DNA of 64,000 bases from Dictyostelium discoideum. Lineage: Eukaryota. The stretch is from assembly GCA_000004695.1 (NCBI GenBank), contig CM000152.2, forward strand, positions 1,696,001 through 1,760,000, read 5' to 3'. The position numbers were made by a program, and so were the translations under genes. Numbering within the stretch: the stretch's first letter is position 1; every line of letters starts with the position of its first letter. The notes beneath the pieces were generated by a model. That model was not told where the DNA came from. It ran no database searches and saw nothing but the letters and a program-made list of their open reading frames with translations. Of the stretch, positions 52,929 to 63,576 are shown one piece after another.

Positions 52929-53034
52929 TGGTGTATGTTGTTTAATTTCAAAAATAAGACATAAAGTTTGAATAACTTTATTAATTGTACTCTTTCTACA
53001 TGATTTAAATAATGATTTAAGTTGTTCTGGTTCA
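52929..53034 (-). CDS. Noc1/CEBPZ-like, exon 4 (EPEQLKSLFKSCRKSTINKVIQTLCLIFEIKQHTP)
   Basis: TATTTTACAG acceptor, then GTAAGT donor, 35 codons. It lies downstream of the intron holding the (AT)n tract. Confidence 0.65.
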
Positions 53035-53070
53035 CTGTAAAATAAAAATAATAAATAATAAATAAGTTAG

Positions 53071-53439
<369 letters not shown>

Positions 53440-53470
53440 TTTTGTTTTAAATAATATTTAAATTACTTAC

Positions 53471-54052
53471 AAAACTGTAGATTCTTTAGTAATTGAATAA
53501 GCTTTTCTAATACCAAAAATTAATAAAGTGATGGCAGATGAATTAATATTTGATTTATTTGTGAAAAATGTGAAATAAAGTTTAATTAAACGATGTGACA
53601 TATCTTTCATTTCGACTGAACTAGTGCCATCTTTATCACAAGCTACTTGAAGTTTATTTAAATAGTATAAAGCATTGTATTGTGCTTTATTTGAATTATT
53701 TGGTCTGTATAAGAATAATTCAATCTCTCTAATTACAACTAATTTCATAGCTGGATGAGCTTCTAATAATTTCTCGAGTAATTTAACAGCTTTACCTGCA
53801 TTGCTACCATCTTCATCACCCAATTTATTAACTAATAATGTTAATAAAACTTCTTCTTGTTCTGGTTTTTTCAATAATAAATATTGAACTGTTGATGTTG
53901 CAATTGCACGAATTCTTGCAACTGTATCTTTTGATAAAATTTCCAATAATCTAATATATGCTTGATATCTAGATTTTAATAAATCTTCAAAATACCATTG
54001 AACTAATTCAACTGGTTTACTATCTTGAATATTTTCTCTTTCAATAAAACGT
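53471..54052 (-). CDS. Noc1/CEBPZ-like, exon 3 (CBF domain: VLLTLLVNKLGD...KAVKLLEKLLEAHPAMKLVVIREIELFLYRPN)
   Basis: Phase is consistent with ORF 53467-53946. GTAAGT donor at 53470. Confidence 0.7.
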
Positions 54053-54139
54053 CTATTTTTTTTAAAAAGAAATAAAAAAAAATAAAAAAAATTTATTAAT
54101 ATTTAATAATATAATAATAATTATTAATAATAAACTTAC

Positions 54140-54379
54140 TTTAATTTTGTATTTGGTAATAATGAATTTACAAATAAATCTTTTAATGAATTAATAGCAA
54201 ATTCTCTTTCTCTTTCAGACTTTTTAGCAGCAAGATTTATAAGGATATCAAGAGATGCTAATCTATACATTGGTGCCTTTTGAATTAAAAGAGTAATAGC
54301 AGAAATTCTATCTCTAATTGTACCAGTATGTTGAATTTTCTCTTTCCATTGATCATCACGAGAACCATTTTTTTTAAAA
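54140..54379 (-). CDS. Noc1/CEBPZ-like, exon 2 (approximate +/-1 nt)
   Basis: DFKKNGSRDDQWKEKIQHTGTIRDRISAITLLIQKAPMYRLASLDILINLAAKK... between an ATTTTTTTAG acceptor and a GTAAGT donor. My manual phase bookkeeping is off by 1 nt in this exon. Confidence 0.45.
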
Positions 54380-54501
54380 TCTAAAAAAATAATTTAAAAA
54401 AAAATAAAATAAATAAATAAATAATATAATGAATTAATTAGAGATTAAAAAACAAATAATAAAATAATAATAATAATAATAATAATAATAATTTTACTTA
54501 C

Positions 54502-55183
54502 CAATAAGATATTCTTCAACTTTTTTATTATATAAACCTTGAGCTTTTGAAAAAGTTGGATTCTTTGAAAATGAATTTTCAATTTTAATATCATCGGAAT
54601 CTTTAGATGATTCGGTGGTAGTTGATTTATCTTTTTTAATTTCAAATTTTTTTTGATATGGTTGAGTAGTTTCTTTCTTTTCAAATGGTTGTTCTCTTTT
54701 TTGGAAAGATGATGATGATGTTTTTGGTTCAGTGGTAGTAGTTTCTTTTTTATCTTTATTTCCAAAGAATTTCTTTGAAAATGTATCTCTACTTGATTCT
54801 GCTTTTGTTTCTTTATTAAATGATTTTTTGTTATCATTTAAAAATTTACCATTATTTTTATTTTCTGGTTTTTTATATTCTGGTTTTTTATTATTATTTT
54901 CATTTTTCTTAATTTCTGGTTTCTTATTATCTTGTTTTTTATTATCTTGTTTCTTTTCTGTTGGTTTTTCAGATGTTTTTGGTTTGGTTGTTGTTGGTGC
55001 TGTTGATACTTTAGCTGGTGCTGCTTTTGCAACTGTTGTTTTTGTTGGTGGTGGTGTTGTTGTTTTTGGTTTAGTTGTTGGTGCTTTAGCAACAGTTGTT
55101 GGTGCTGTTGCTATTTTAGCTGGTGCTGCTTTTGCAACAGTTGTTGGTGTTGTTTTTGTTTTTGATTGAGCAGGAACAACCAT
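54502..55183 (-). CDS. Noc1/Mak21/CEBPZ-family (CBF) nucleolar protein, exon 1 (K/T/P-rich N-terminus)
   Basis: ATG at 55183. GTAAGT donor, phase 1. Lysine-rich low-complexity N-terminus as in CEBPZ. Confidence 0.65.
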
Positions 55184-55241
55184 TTTTATAACTTTTGTAA
55201 TACGACTAGAATATCAGTATCAACAAATTAAAAAGTTTTTG

Positions 55242-55284
<43 letters not shown>

Positions 55285-55732
55285 TCGTTTTTTTTTTTTT
55301 TCGTTTATGAAATTTTATTTTATTTTAATTTTTTTTATTTTTTTTTTTTTCCATAACATAATCCTATAATTATTTTTTTTTTTATTCCAAAAATTAATTT
55401 ATTAATTATAGGATTTTTTGTCTGATTGAGTTTTTTTTTTTTTAATCTTTTATTTTTTTCTTGATTTAATTAATAATTTTTAACTTGAGTTTTATTTTTA
55501 TTTTATTTTATATAAATTTTGGAATTAAAAATATATTAAATGGGTGGTGGAAAAAAAAAAAAAAAAAAAAAAGAAAGTCAAAAAGAAATAATTATTAATT
55601 ATTATTTTTTTTTTTTTTTTTATATTTTTTTTTTTTTATATTTTTTTTTATTTTTCTTTTTTAAATAAGACAAATTTGGATAATCAAAGGATTGCGATTG
55701 AACCATATTAGCCACCACTCTTTTAAATTAAT

Positions 55733-56215
55733 TTATAATAAAAGTTCGTATTTGACTGGTTTGACTTCAACGAATTCAGTGTTTCTTGGGTTGACAAAGA
55801 AACCGTCCTTTGGTGCAGCTGGGTTACGTCTAACATCGACCCATTTACCGGCTTTCTTGGCTTCAACGACAGCTTTTTTGTTTTCTTGGATACGTTTTAA
55901 GTGAGCAGCCATGGAGTTTGATGGTTTGACGTGTTCAGTTCTGACGTGGATTTTCTTGGCAATGATTCTTGGACCAACACGTTTGTTGATGATGACACCA
56001 ACAGCACGTGGAGTAACATTCCAAACACGACCGGTACGACCGTGGTAGAATTTGTGTGGCATACCTTTGTGTACATTACCGGTGGCTTTGATATCAACGT
56101 AATCACCTAAACGGAAAGTTCTTAAGAAGGTGGTGGTTTGTAAGAGACCATGGTTTCTGAAACCACGAGAGAACAAGTATCTGGTACGAGCACGGAGACC
56201 GAATGAGTGAGGCAT
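55733..56215 (-). CDS. rpl21: 60S ribosomal protein L21e
   Basis: MPHSFGLRARTRYLFSRGFRNHGLLQTTTFLRTFRLGDYVDIKATGNVHKGMPHKFYHGRTGRVWNV... is collinear with eukaryotic RPL21 at 160 aa. Single exon. Confidence 0.9.
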   Translation of the reverse strand: MPHSFGLRARTRYLFSRGFRNHGLLQTTTFLRTFRLGDYVDIKATGNVHKGMPHKFYHGRTGRVWNVTPRAVGVIINKRVGPRIIAKKIHVRTEHVKPSNSMAAHLKRIQENKKAVVEAKKAGKWVDVRRNPAAPKDGFFVNPRNTEFVEVKPVKYELLL

Positions 56216-57570
56216 TTTCTAAAAAAAATAATTATAAATAAATATTAATATAATTATAATTTTTTTTCAAATCATTTGATTTATGCTATCAATTATTTTT
56301 TTTTTTATTTATTTTTTTATTATTATTATTATTGGATGACAAAATTATTGAGGGAGATTTTAGTTGAATTTTAATTTTATCCCTATATAGTTTTGTTGGG
56401 GAAAAAGAGAAATAACATCCAAAAAAAGTATCTAGTTTAACGTTTAAAAATCCTAATTTCCATATTTTTTTTGTTGACCAATATTACTATTATTATTATT
56501 TTATATACCTATAAATTTACTCTTTATTTGATGTTGTGATTGTGGGAAATAAAAAAAAAAAAAACGAATAGAGAAAAAAAAAAAATTTTTTTTGATTTTT
56601 TTTTTTTTTTTTGATTTCGAAAATTTTTTCCGTAAAAAAAAAAAAATAAAAATCAAAGTAAATCTGTAACACTACTAAATTTGTTTGATGCTATTTTTTT
56701 ATTTTATTATCTAATTCTATTTATTTAATGAGCAATACATTTTGATAATTTTAAATTGAATTTGAAATTTTTTTATTATCTTTTTTTTTTTTTTTTTTTT
56801 TTCTTAAAAAAAAAATAATAATTCCTCTTTATTTAATTTCTCCTCTTTAATTAATTGTCATCCATCAAATTTTTATTTTTATTTATTTTTTATTTTTATT
56901 TATTTATTTATTTATTTATTTATTTTATTTATTTATTATTTTTTATTATTATTTTTTTTTTTAATACAACGAAAGTCATATAAAAAAAATTGTATGTTAT
57001 CACATCATACCTTAAAATTTAACTAGAAAAACAGAGAAAAAAGTTTTTTTTTTTTTTTTTTTCACATAGGCCCTCTTTCAAAATTTTTAAAAAAAAAAAA
57101 TTGAGCTTGTGCGGTTCGATTTTTATAATTTTTCATACATAACTTTTACATTCCAATGTAAAATTTTTTTTTTTTTTTTTTTGAAAAATTCAAAAAATAA
57201 AAATAAAAAAATAAAAAAAAATAAAAAATGAAAAAACTATGAGATTGTTTAAATCTAAAATAAAAATTAGATGGTATTCTAATTTTAGATTAAAAACCGA
57301 ATTTAATATTTAATTTTAAATAAAAGCATGATTTTTTTTTATTTTTTTTTTTTTATTTTTTTATTTTTAATAATAATATTTTGGTGGCAGTATTCGACTA
57401 TAAAATATTTAAATATATAATTTAAAATATAAAATTTTTTTTTATTTTTTTTTATTTTTTTTTTATTTTTTTTCAATTCCTTAAAAAAAAATAAAATAAA
57501 AAAAAATATAAAAAAATAAATTAAAAATAAAAATAAAAACAATCAAACTCTTTAGGATTATGTAATTCTT

Positions 57571-57655
57571 TTATTTAAAATGTTTATCAGTAGCTTCTTT
57601 AATTTTATCAAATTCTCTTAGACCTCTATAAGGTTTGGTTTCTCCTTCATCAAAA
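57571..57655 (-). CDS. Thioredoxin-fold protein copy A, exon 3 (FFDEGETKPYRGLREFDKIKEATDKHFK*)
   Basis: The acceptor ATAATAG ends at 57656. The total product is 132 aa. Confidence 0.6.
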
Positions 57656-57734
57656 CTATTATAAAAAAAAAAAAAAAGTTAGAAATTTAAAATTTGAATA
57701 AAAAAAAAAAAAAAAATTTAAAGCCAAAACTTAC

Positions 57735-57908
57735 AAAACTAAAGATGGATAACCTGTAATATTATATTTTTTACAAATTGAGTCATCCCCTTCACAATGA
57801 ACTTGCGCCACTTTAATTTTTGAATTTTCAATGTCGCTGTTGTAATGTTGAGCTAGATTTTCAAGTACAGGTTGAAATTTTTTACAATGTCCACTCCATT
57901 TTACACCA
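57735..57908 (-). CDS. Thioredoxin-fold protein copy A, exon 2 (FGVKWSGHCKKFQPVLENLAQHYNSDIENSKIKVAQVHCEGDDSICKKYNITGYPSLV)
   Basis: PDI a-domain pattern (LVKFYAPWCGHCK...VDC....C....V.GYPTL.FF) but with SGHC in place of CGHC. GTAAGT donor. Confidence 0.65.
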
Positions 57909-58033
57909 CTTTTTTAAAATTTATAATTATAAGGTTTTAAATAATTTAATAAATTAAATAATAAATTAAATAATAAATTAATAAATTAATAAATAAAAAA
58001 ATAAATAAAAAATTAACATAATTTAATTCATAC

Positions 58034-58173
58034 AATTTAACTAACCAATTTCCATTTAGGATTAAATCTAAATTATCATTTGTAATAACAATAATTTGGG
58101 AAGGTTGGTTTTGGGAAAAGGCAACACAAAATAATAAAAAAAATAAAATAAATAAAGTAAATATTTTTTTCAT
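58034..58173 (-). CDS. Secreted thioredoxin-fold (PDI a-domain-like) protein, copy A, exon 1 (signal peptide MKKIFTLFILFFLLFCVAFS)
   Basis: ATG at 58173. GTATGA donor, phase 2. Confidence 0.65.
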
Positions 58174-58248
58174 TCTTTTTAATTTTATTATATTGTTTTT
58201 TTTAGATTTCTAAAATTTTTTTTAAAAAACAAAAGAAAAAACCAAAGG

Positions 58249-58279
<31 letters not shown>

Positions 58280-58311
58280 ATTATTGATACTGTATAAGTT
58301 GTTAAAAAAAG

Positions 58312-58318
58312 TGAGTCA
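58312..58318. promoter_or_regulatory. TGAGTCA (AP-1/GCN4-type bZIP palindrome) about 140 nt upstream of the copy A ATG
   Basis: It sits inside a conserved block, GTTGTTAAAAAAAGTGAGTCATCTTTTTTTT, that is shared with copy B. Confidence 0.35.
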
Positions 58319-58599
58319 TCTTTTTTTTCTGAAAAAAAAAAAATTATATAAAAAAAAACAATCAACAAAGACAAAAATATTTTGATTTTTTTGAAAATTC
58401 ATAAAATATTTACATCGTTCCAAGTTGTATATATCAGTGTGGTGTGTTTGAAATAATATTTTTTATTTTTTTTTTTTATTTTTTTTTTTATTTTTTTTAT
58501 TTTTTTTTTTTAATTCTTCCAAATTTCAATAAAGAATAATAAATAAATAAAAAAAAAAAAAAAAAAAATATAAGATTATGACCAAAATGAAACAATTCT

Positions 58600-58684
58600 T
58601 TATTTAAAATGTTTATCAATAGCCTCTTTAAAATTTTCAAATTGTCTTGGGCCTGTATAATGTTTGATTTGGCCTTCATTAAAA
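58600..58684 (-). CDS. Thioredoxin-fold protein copy B, exon 3 (FNEGQIKHYTGPRQFENFKEAIDKHFK*)
   Basis: Same 85-nt exon as copy A. Confidence 0.6.
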
Positions 58685-58768
58685 CTATAAAAAAAAAAAA
58701 AAAAAGTTAGAAATTTAAAATTTAAAATATTTGAATAAAAAAAAATATATTAAAAAGTTAAAACTTAC

Positions 58769-58942
58769 AAAACTAAAGATGGATAACCTGTAATATTATA
58801 TTTTTTACAAATTGAGTTATCCTCTTCACAATGAACTTGCGCCACTTTAACTTTTGAATTCTCATTGTCACTGTTGTAATGTTGAGCTAGATTTTCAAGT
58901 ACAGGTTGTAATTTTTTACAATGTAAACTCCATGCTGCACCA
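58769..58942 (-). CDS. Thioredoxin-fold protein copy B, exon 2 (GAAWSLHCKKLQPVLENLAQHYNSDNENSKVKVAQVHCEEDNSICKKYNITGYPSLV)
   Basis: Same 174-nt exon as copy A; the active-site motif is SLHC. Confidence 0.6.
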
Positions 58943-59012
58943 CTTTTTTAAAAATTTATAATTATAAGATTTTAAATAATTCAATAGATTAAAAATAAAT
59001 TAATTAAAAATT

Positions 59013-59052
<40 letters not shown>

Positions 59053-59137
59053 TAAATAAAATAAATTAATTAATAAAAAAAACAATAAATTAATAAATAA
59101 AAAAATAAATTAAAAATTAACATAAATTAATACATAC

Positions 59138-59268
59138 AATTTAACTAACCAATTTCCGGTTAAGAGTAAATCTAAATTTTCATTTGTAATAACGATTATT
59201 TTGGAAGGTTGGTTTTGGGAAAAAGCAACACAAAATAATAAAAAAAATAAAGTAAATATTTTTTGCAT
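59138..59268 (-). CDS. Thioredoxin-fold protein copy B, exon 1 (MQKIFTLFFLLFCVAFS...)
   Basis: ATG at 59268. Not in the ORF track because the product is under 60 aa. GTATGT donor. Confidence 0.6.
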
Positions 59269-59343
59269 TGTTTTTAATTTTATTATATTGTTTTTTTTAG
59301 ATTTCTAAAATTTTTTCTAAAAAACAAAAGAAAAAACCAAAGG

Positions 59344-59388
<45 letters not shown>

Positions 59389-59424
59389 ATTATTGATTAA
59401 TACTTTGTAAGTTGTCAGAAAAAG

Positions 59425-59431
59425 TGAGTCA
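59425..59431. promoter_or_regulatory. TGAGTCA about 157 nt upstream of the copy B ATG
   Basis: Conserved block GTTGTCAGAAAAAGTGAGTCATCTTTTTTTT. It is absent at the equivalent position of copy C. Confidence 0.35.
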
Positions 59432-59699
59432 TCTTTTTTTTTTTTTCTGAAAAAAAAAAAAAAAAAAAAAAAAAAACCATAACAAAGAAAAAACTATTTT
59501 TGATTTTTTTGAAACTACATAATATTTACATCGTTCCAAGTTGCATATATCAGTGTGGTGTGTTTGAAATAATATTTTTTATTTTTTTTTTTTTATTTCT
59601 TTATTTTTTTTTTTTTAATTCTCCCAAATTTCAATAAAGAGATATGCACTTTCAAATTTATAATAATAAATAAATATTTTTTTTTTAAAAAAAAAATAT

Positions 59700-60330
59700 A
59701 TAAGATTATGACTAAAACGAAACAATTCTTTATTTAAATGTTTATCAATAGCCTCTTTAAAATTTTCAAATAGTCTTGGGCCTCTATAATGTTTGATTTC
59801 GCCTTCATCAAAACTGAAAAAAAAAAAAATATAGAAAAAGTTAAAACTTACAAAACTAAAGATGGATAACCTATAATATTATATTTTATACAAATTGATT
59901 CATACTCTTCACAATGAACTTGCGCCACTTTAACTTTTGAATTCTCATTATCACTGTTGTAATGTTGAGCTAGATTTTCAAGTACAGGTTGTAATTTTTT
60001 ACAATGTCCACTCCATCCTGCACCACTTTTTTAAAAATTTATAATTATAAGGTTTTAAATAATTCAATAAATTAAAATAAATAAAAAAAACAAAAGATTA
60101 ATAAATGAATAAATAATTAAATAATTAAATAAATTAATAAATAAAAAAACAATAAATTAATAAATAAAAAAATAAATTAAAAATTAACATAATTTTAGAC
60201 ATACAATTTAACTAACCAATTTCCGTTTAAGATTAAATCTAAATTATCATTTGTAATAACAATTATATTGGAAGGTTGGTTTTGGGAAAAAGCAACACAA
60301 AGTAACAAAAAAAATAAAATAAATAAAGTA
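59700..60330 (-). pseudogene. Thioredoxin-fold protein copy C, degenerate/divergent copy (exon 2 at 59852-60025 encodes GAGWSGHCKKL...)
   Basis: The signal-peptide exon has ATG replaced by ACA (TIKKIFTLFILFF). A 1-nt deletion before the normal stop (CATTTAAATAAAG vs CATTTTAAATAA) extends the frame. The upstream TGAGTCA element is lost. The only in-frame ATG is far upstream at 60413, inside a poly-F tract. Confidence 0.4.
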
Positions 60331-61139
60331 AATATTTTTTTAATTGTTTTTAATTTTAATTTATTGTTTTTTAAAAAAAAAAAAAAAGAGAAAAAAAAAA
60401 AAAAAATTATCACTAATACTTCCTTAAAAAATGTTATTCATCTTTTAAGGCACCCCATATTTTACTCATTAAAATACAAAAAAATATAACTAATTTTTGT
60501 TTTTTGAAGTCATATATATATTTACATTGTTCCAAGTTGTTAAGGTGTGGCTGAAATTATTTTTTTTTTTTTTTTTAATTCTCCCAAATTTCAATAATGA
60601 GCGATATACTTTCTGATTTACAATATCAATATTTAAATATTTTTTTTTAAAAGTAAAATAAAATAAAGTAATTTATTTATTTAATATTACTTTTAAAAAA
60701 AATAAAAAAAATTATTTAAATACTTATTCTTTTTTTTTTTGATTTTTTTGATTTTTTTTTTTTTTTAATATTGTTTGGAAAACTGAATAATAATTCTTTT
60801 TTGTGTTTGAGTAGGGAAGAAAAAAAATTCCTTTACTTTATAAAATATTCTTAAATTTAACAAGGCTAGGCCGCCACCTGCTTTAATTAATCCCTAATTA
60901 TTATTTCTCAAATTTTTAAGATAGTTTTTTTTTTCTTTTTTTTTTTTTTAACAAAATTTATTCTAACAAACCCTCAAACATTATAATATAATTTTTTAGT
61001 AAAAAAAATTCAACAATAAACTATTTTAAATCTATTTTTTTTTAACATATATTACAAATAATTTTTTATTTATTGTTTAGTAAACTTTAAAAATCTTTTT
61101 GGTATTTTTTATTTTTATAAAATTATATAAATTTTTAAT

Positions 61140-61200
61140 TTAATTCCATTTTGATTTTGGAATGGCTTGTGGGATTGAAGCCATAGTAGCAATACCACAT
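61140..61200 (-). CDS. Cysteine proteinase paralog 2, exon 2 (QCGIATMASIPQAIPKSKWN*)
   Basis: The acceptor CCTTTATAG has the same structure as paralog 1. The intron is 135 nt. Confidence 0.75.
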
Positions 61201-61267
61201 CTATAAAGGTGAAGTTAAAATAAAAATTAAAAAAAATTTAAATAAATGATTAGTTAGTAACTCTATC

Positions 61268-61302
<35 letters not shown>

Positions 61303-61335
61303 TTTTTTTTTTTTTAATATATTATGTGTACTTAC

Positions 61336-62579
61336 TGATTATCCTTATCTTTACTCATTAAAATGTAACCATTAATACCCCAGTCAAGACCCCATGAGTT
61401 TTTAACGATCCAATAGTTACCATCAGTTGGGTAATCACCAGAGTTACTATTACCACCATTTGATGAACCTGAGAATGAACTTGAACCAGAGGCTGAACCT
61501 GAACCAGAGACGGAACCTGAACCTGAACCTGTACCAGCACCAGTGAAACTATTGGAACCTTGAGATTGAGATGATTGTGACCAACTGTTTGAATCTTGTG
61601 ATGATTGAGATTGAGATGATTGTGACCAACTGTTTGAATCTTGTGATTGTGATGATTCTGACCAATTGTTATTTGATGATTGTGATTGAGAACCAGCAGA
61701 TTGTGATTGAGAACCAGATGAACCACTACCGAAACCAACAGCTAAGACACCGTGATCCAATTGAGTTGAAGAGCAAGCTGGTTCATTGTAGATACCAGAT
61801 GAATAAAATTGGAATGATGGTTGAGATGCATCAATAGCAACTGAGGTTGGACCTTGAGTAACTTTGGCAGCTAAATCTGATTCTGAACCAGAGGTAACGT
61901 TAACGTATGATGATAATTCAGCACCAATGTTACTTGGGTTGTATTTACATTTTTCAGTGTTGGCAGTGAATGGGTAACTGCTTTCAGTATCAATACCTCC
62001 GTTATTGATGATGTATTCGAAAGCTAAGGTCATTAAACCACCTTCACAACCGTTGTTACCGTATGAACCTGAACAATCGATTAATTGTTGTTCAGAGACT
62101 GATGTTAAATCTGAATCACCATTGGCAATGTATTGAGCACCTTCAGTGGCACCAGTTGCTGAGAATGACCAACAACCACCACATTCACCTTGATTTTTGA
62201 TTGGGGTGACAGCACCTTTAGCTCTCCAATCGACGGAATTAGCTTGGACACCACCAAATACTTTTTCAGATGGAGTCATTTCGAGTGATGATGCATCGAA
62301 TGGGGTACCTAAATAGGTGGCTCTGTATTCTTCGTTGGTGATATCAGCGAAAACATTTAAACCTAAAACGGTTTCACTACCTTTGGTATTCCATTCATTG
62401 ATGTAATCCATATTGGCTTTGAAGATATTGAAACGACCATTGAACTCTTCTGATGAATAATGTCTTTGGTGAGCAATCATCCAATTGGTGAAAGCATTTC
62501 TGTATTGGAGTTCAGATAATTGTTGTTTAGCAGTGGCAACACTAACTAATAAAACACATAAAGCAGATAAAACTTTCAT
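61336..62579 (-). CDS. Papain-family cysteine proteinase with Ser-rich insert, paralog 2, exon 1
   Basis: The N-terminal 300 aa are nearly identical to the gene at 44048 ([23 protein letters not shown]...), with [11 protein letters not shown] and [10 protein letters not shown]. The insert is SQSQSSNNNWSESSQSQDSNSWSQ rather than (GSQS)n. GTAAGT donor. Confidence 0.85.
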
Positions 62580-62911
62580 TTTTAATTTATTTATTTATTT
62601 ATTTTGAAAAATATTAATAAAGATTTGAATAATTGAAAAAAAAAGAAAAAAAATTCTCCTTTTATAATGTTTTGAAAATAAAAAAAAAAAAAAAAGATAT
62701 ATAAGAAAAAAAAAGAAAAAAAAAAAAAAGTTAATGGAAAAGAAAAAAAAAAAGTGAAAGGAAAAATAAAATTTTAAATCCTATTGAAAATTTAGTTTTG
62801 TAAAATTTAATAAGAATTTTAAAGACACATCATAAATGATATGATATCCAAAAAAGATATTTTTTTTTTTCGACCTCGAAAAGTAAACAAAAAACTTTTT
62901 TTAATTTTTTT

Positions 62912-62942
<31 letters not shown>

Positions 62943-63155
62943 GAATTGACTTTTTCCAATCGATTTTCTTTTTTTTAAAAAAAAAAAAAAATATCTAATC
63001 AAAAATTGCTTAAAAATTAATTCTTTGATTTTCGTTGTAATAATGGATATAATTTTACACCATTCAATGGATATAATTTTTGTAATTGTTTTTTTTTTAA
63101 AAAAAAAAAATTCATATATTAAATATCTTTATTTATAAATTAATATTTGATTTTC

Positions 63156-63188
<33 letters not shown>

Positions 63189-63543
63189 AATTAAAAACTT
63201 CATACATTAATAAAAAAAAAAAATTGTTTAAAAAAGGAATTAAAAACACAAAATGATTATTTATTTTATTTTATTTAATAATACATTTTGTTTATTAATT
63301 TTTTTTTTTTTATTTTTTTTTTATTTTCCATTATAATTAACTAAAAAAAAAAAGTTGGAAAAAAAAAAAAGGAAAATTTTTGGTGGTATTAAAAAATTAA
63401 AAACAAGAAAATAAAAAACCATAAAAAAATAAATAAAAATAATAATAAAAAAAAATAAAATTAAGTTTTGTTCAATTTTAAAGTTTAAATATAATTCTAT
63501 TTATTTTTAAAGAAAGATTTTATTTAATTGATCAGATAAAAAA

Positions 63544-63576
<33 letters not shown>

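Noticed and set aside
57100-57125. GGTTCGATT (tRNA B-box-like) suggesting a tRNA gene
   Set aside because: No A-box at the right spacing, no acceptor-stem complementarity and no cloverleaf could be drawn. No tRNA or rRNA was found anywhere in the window.
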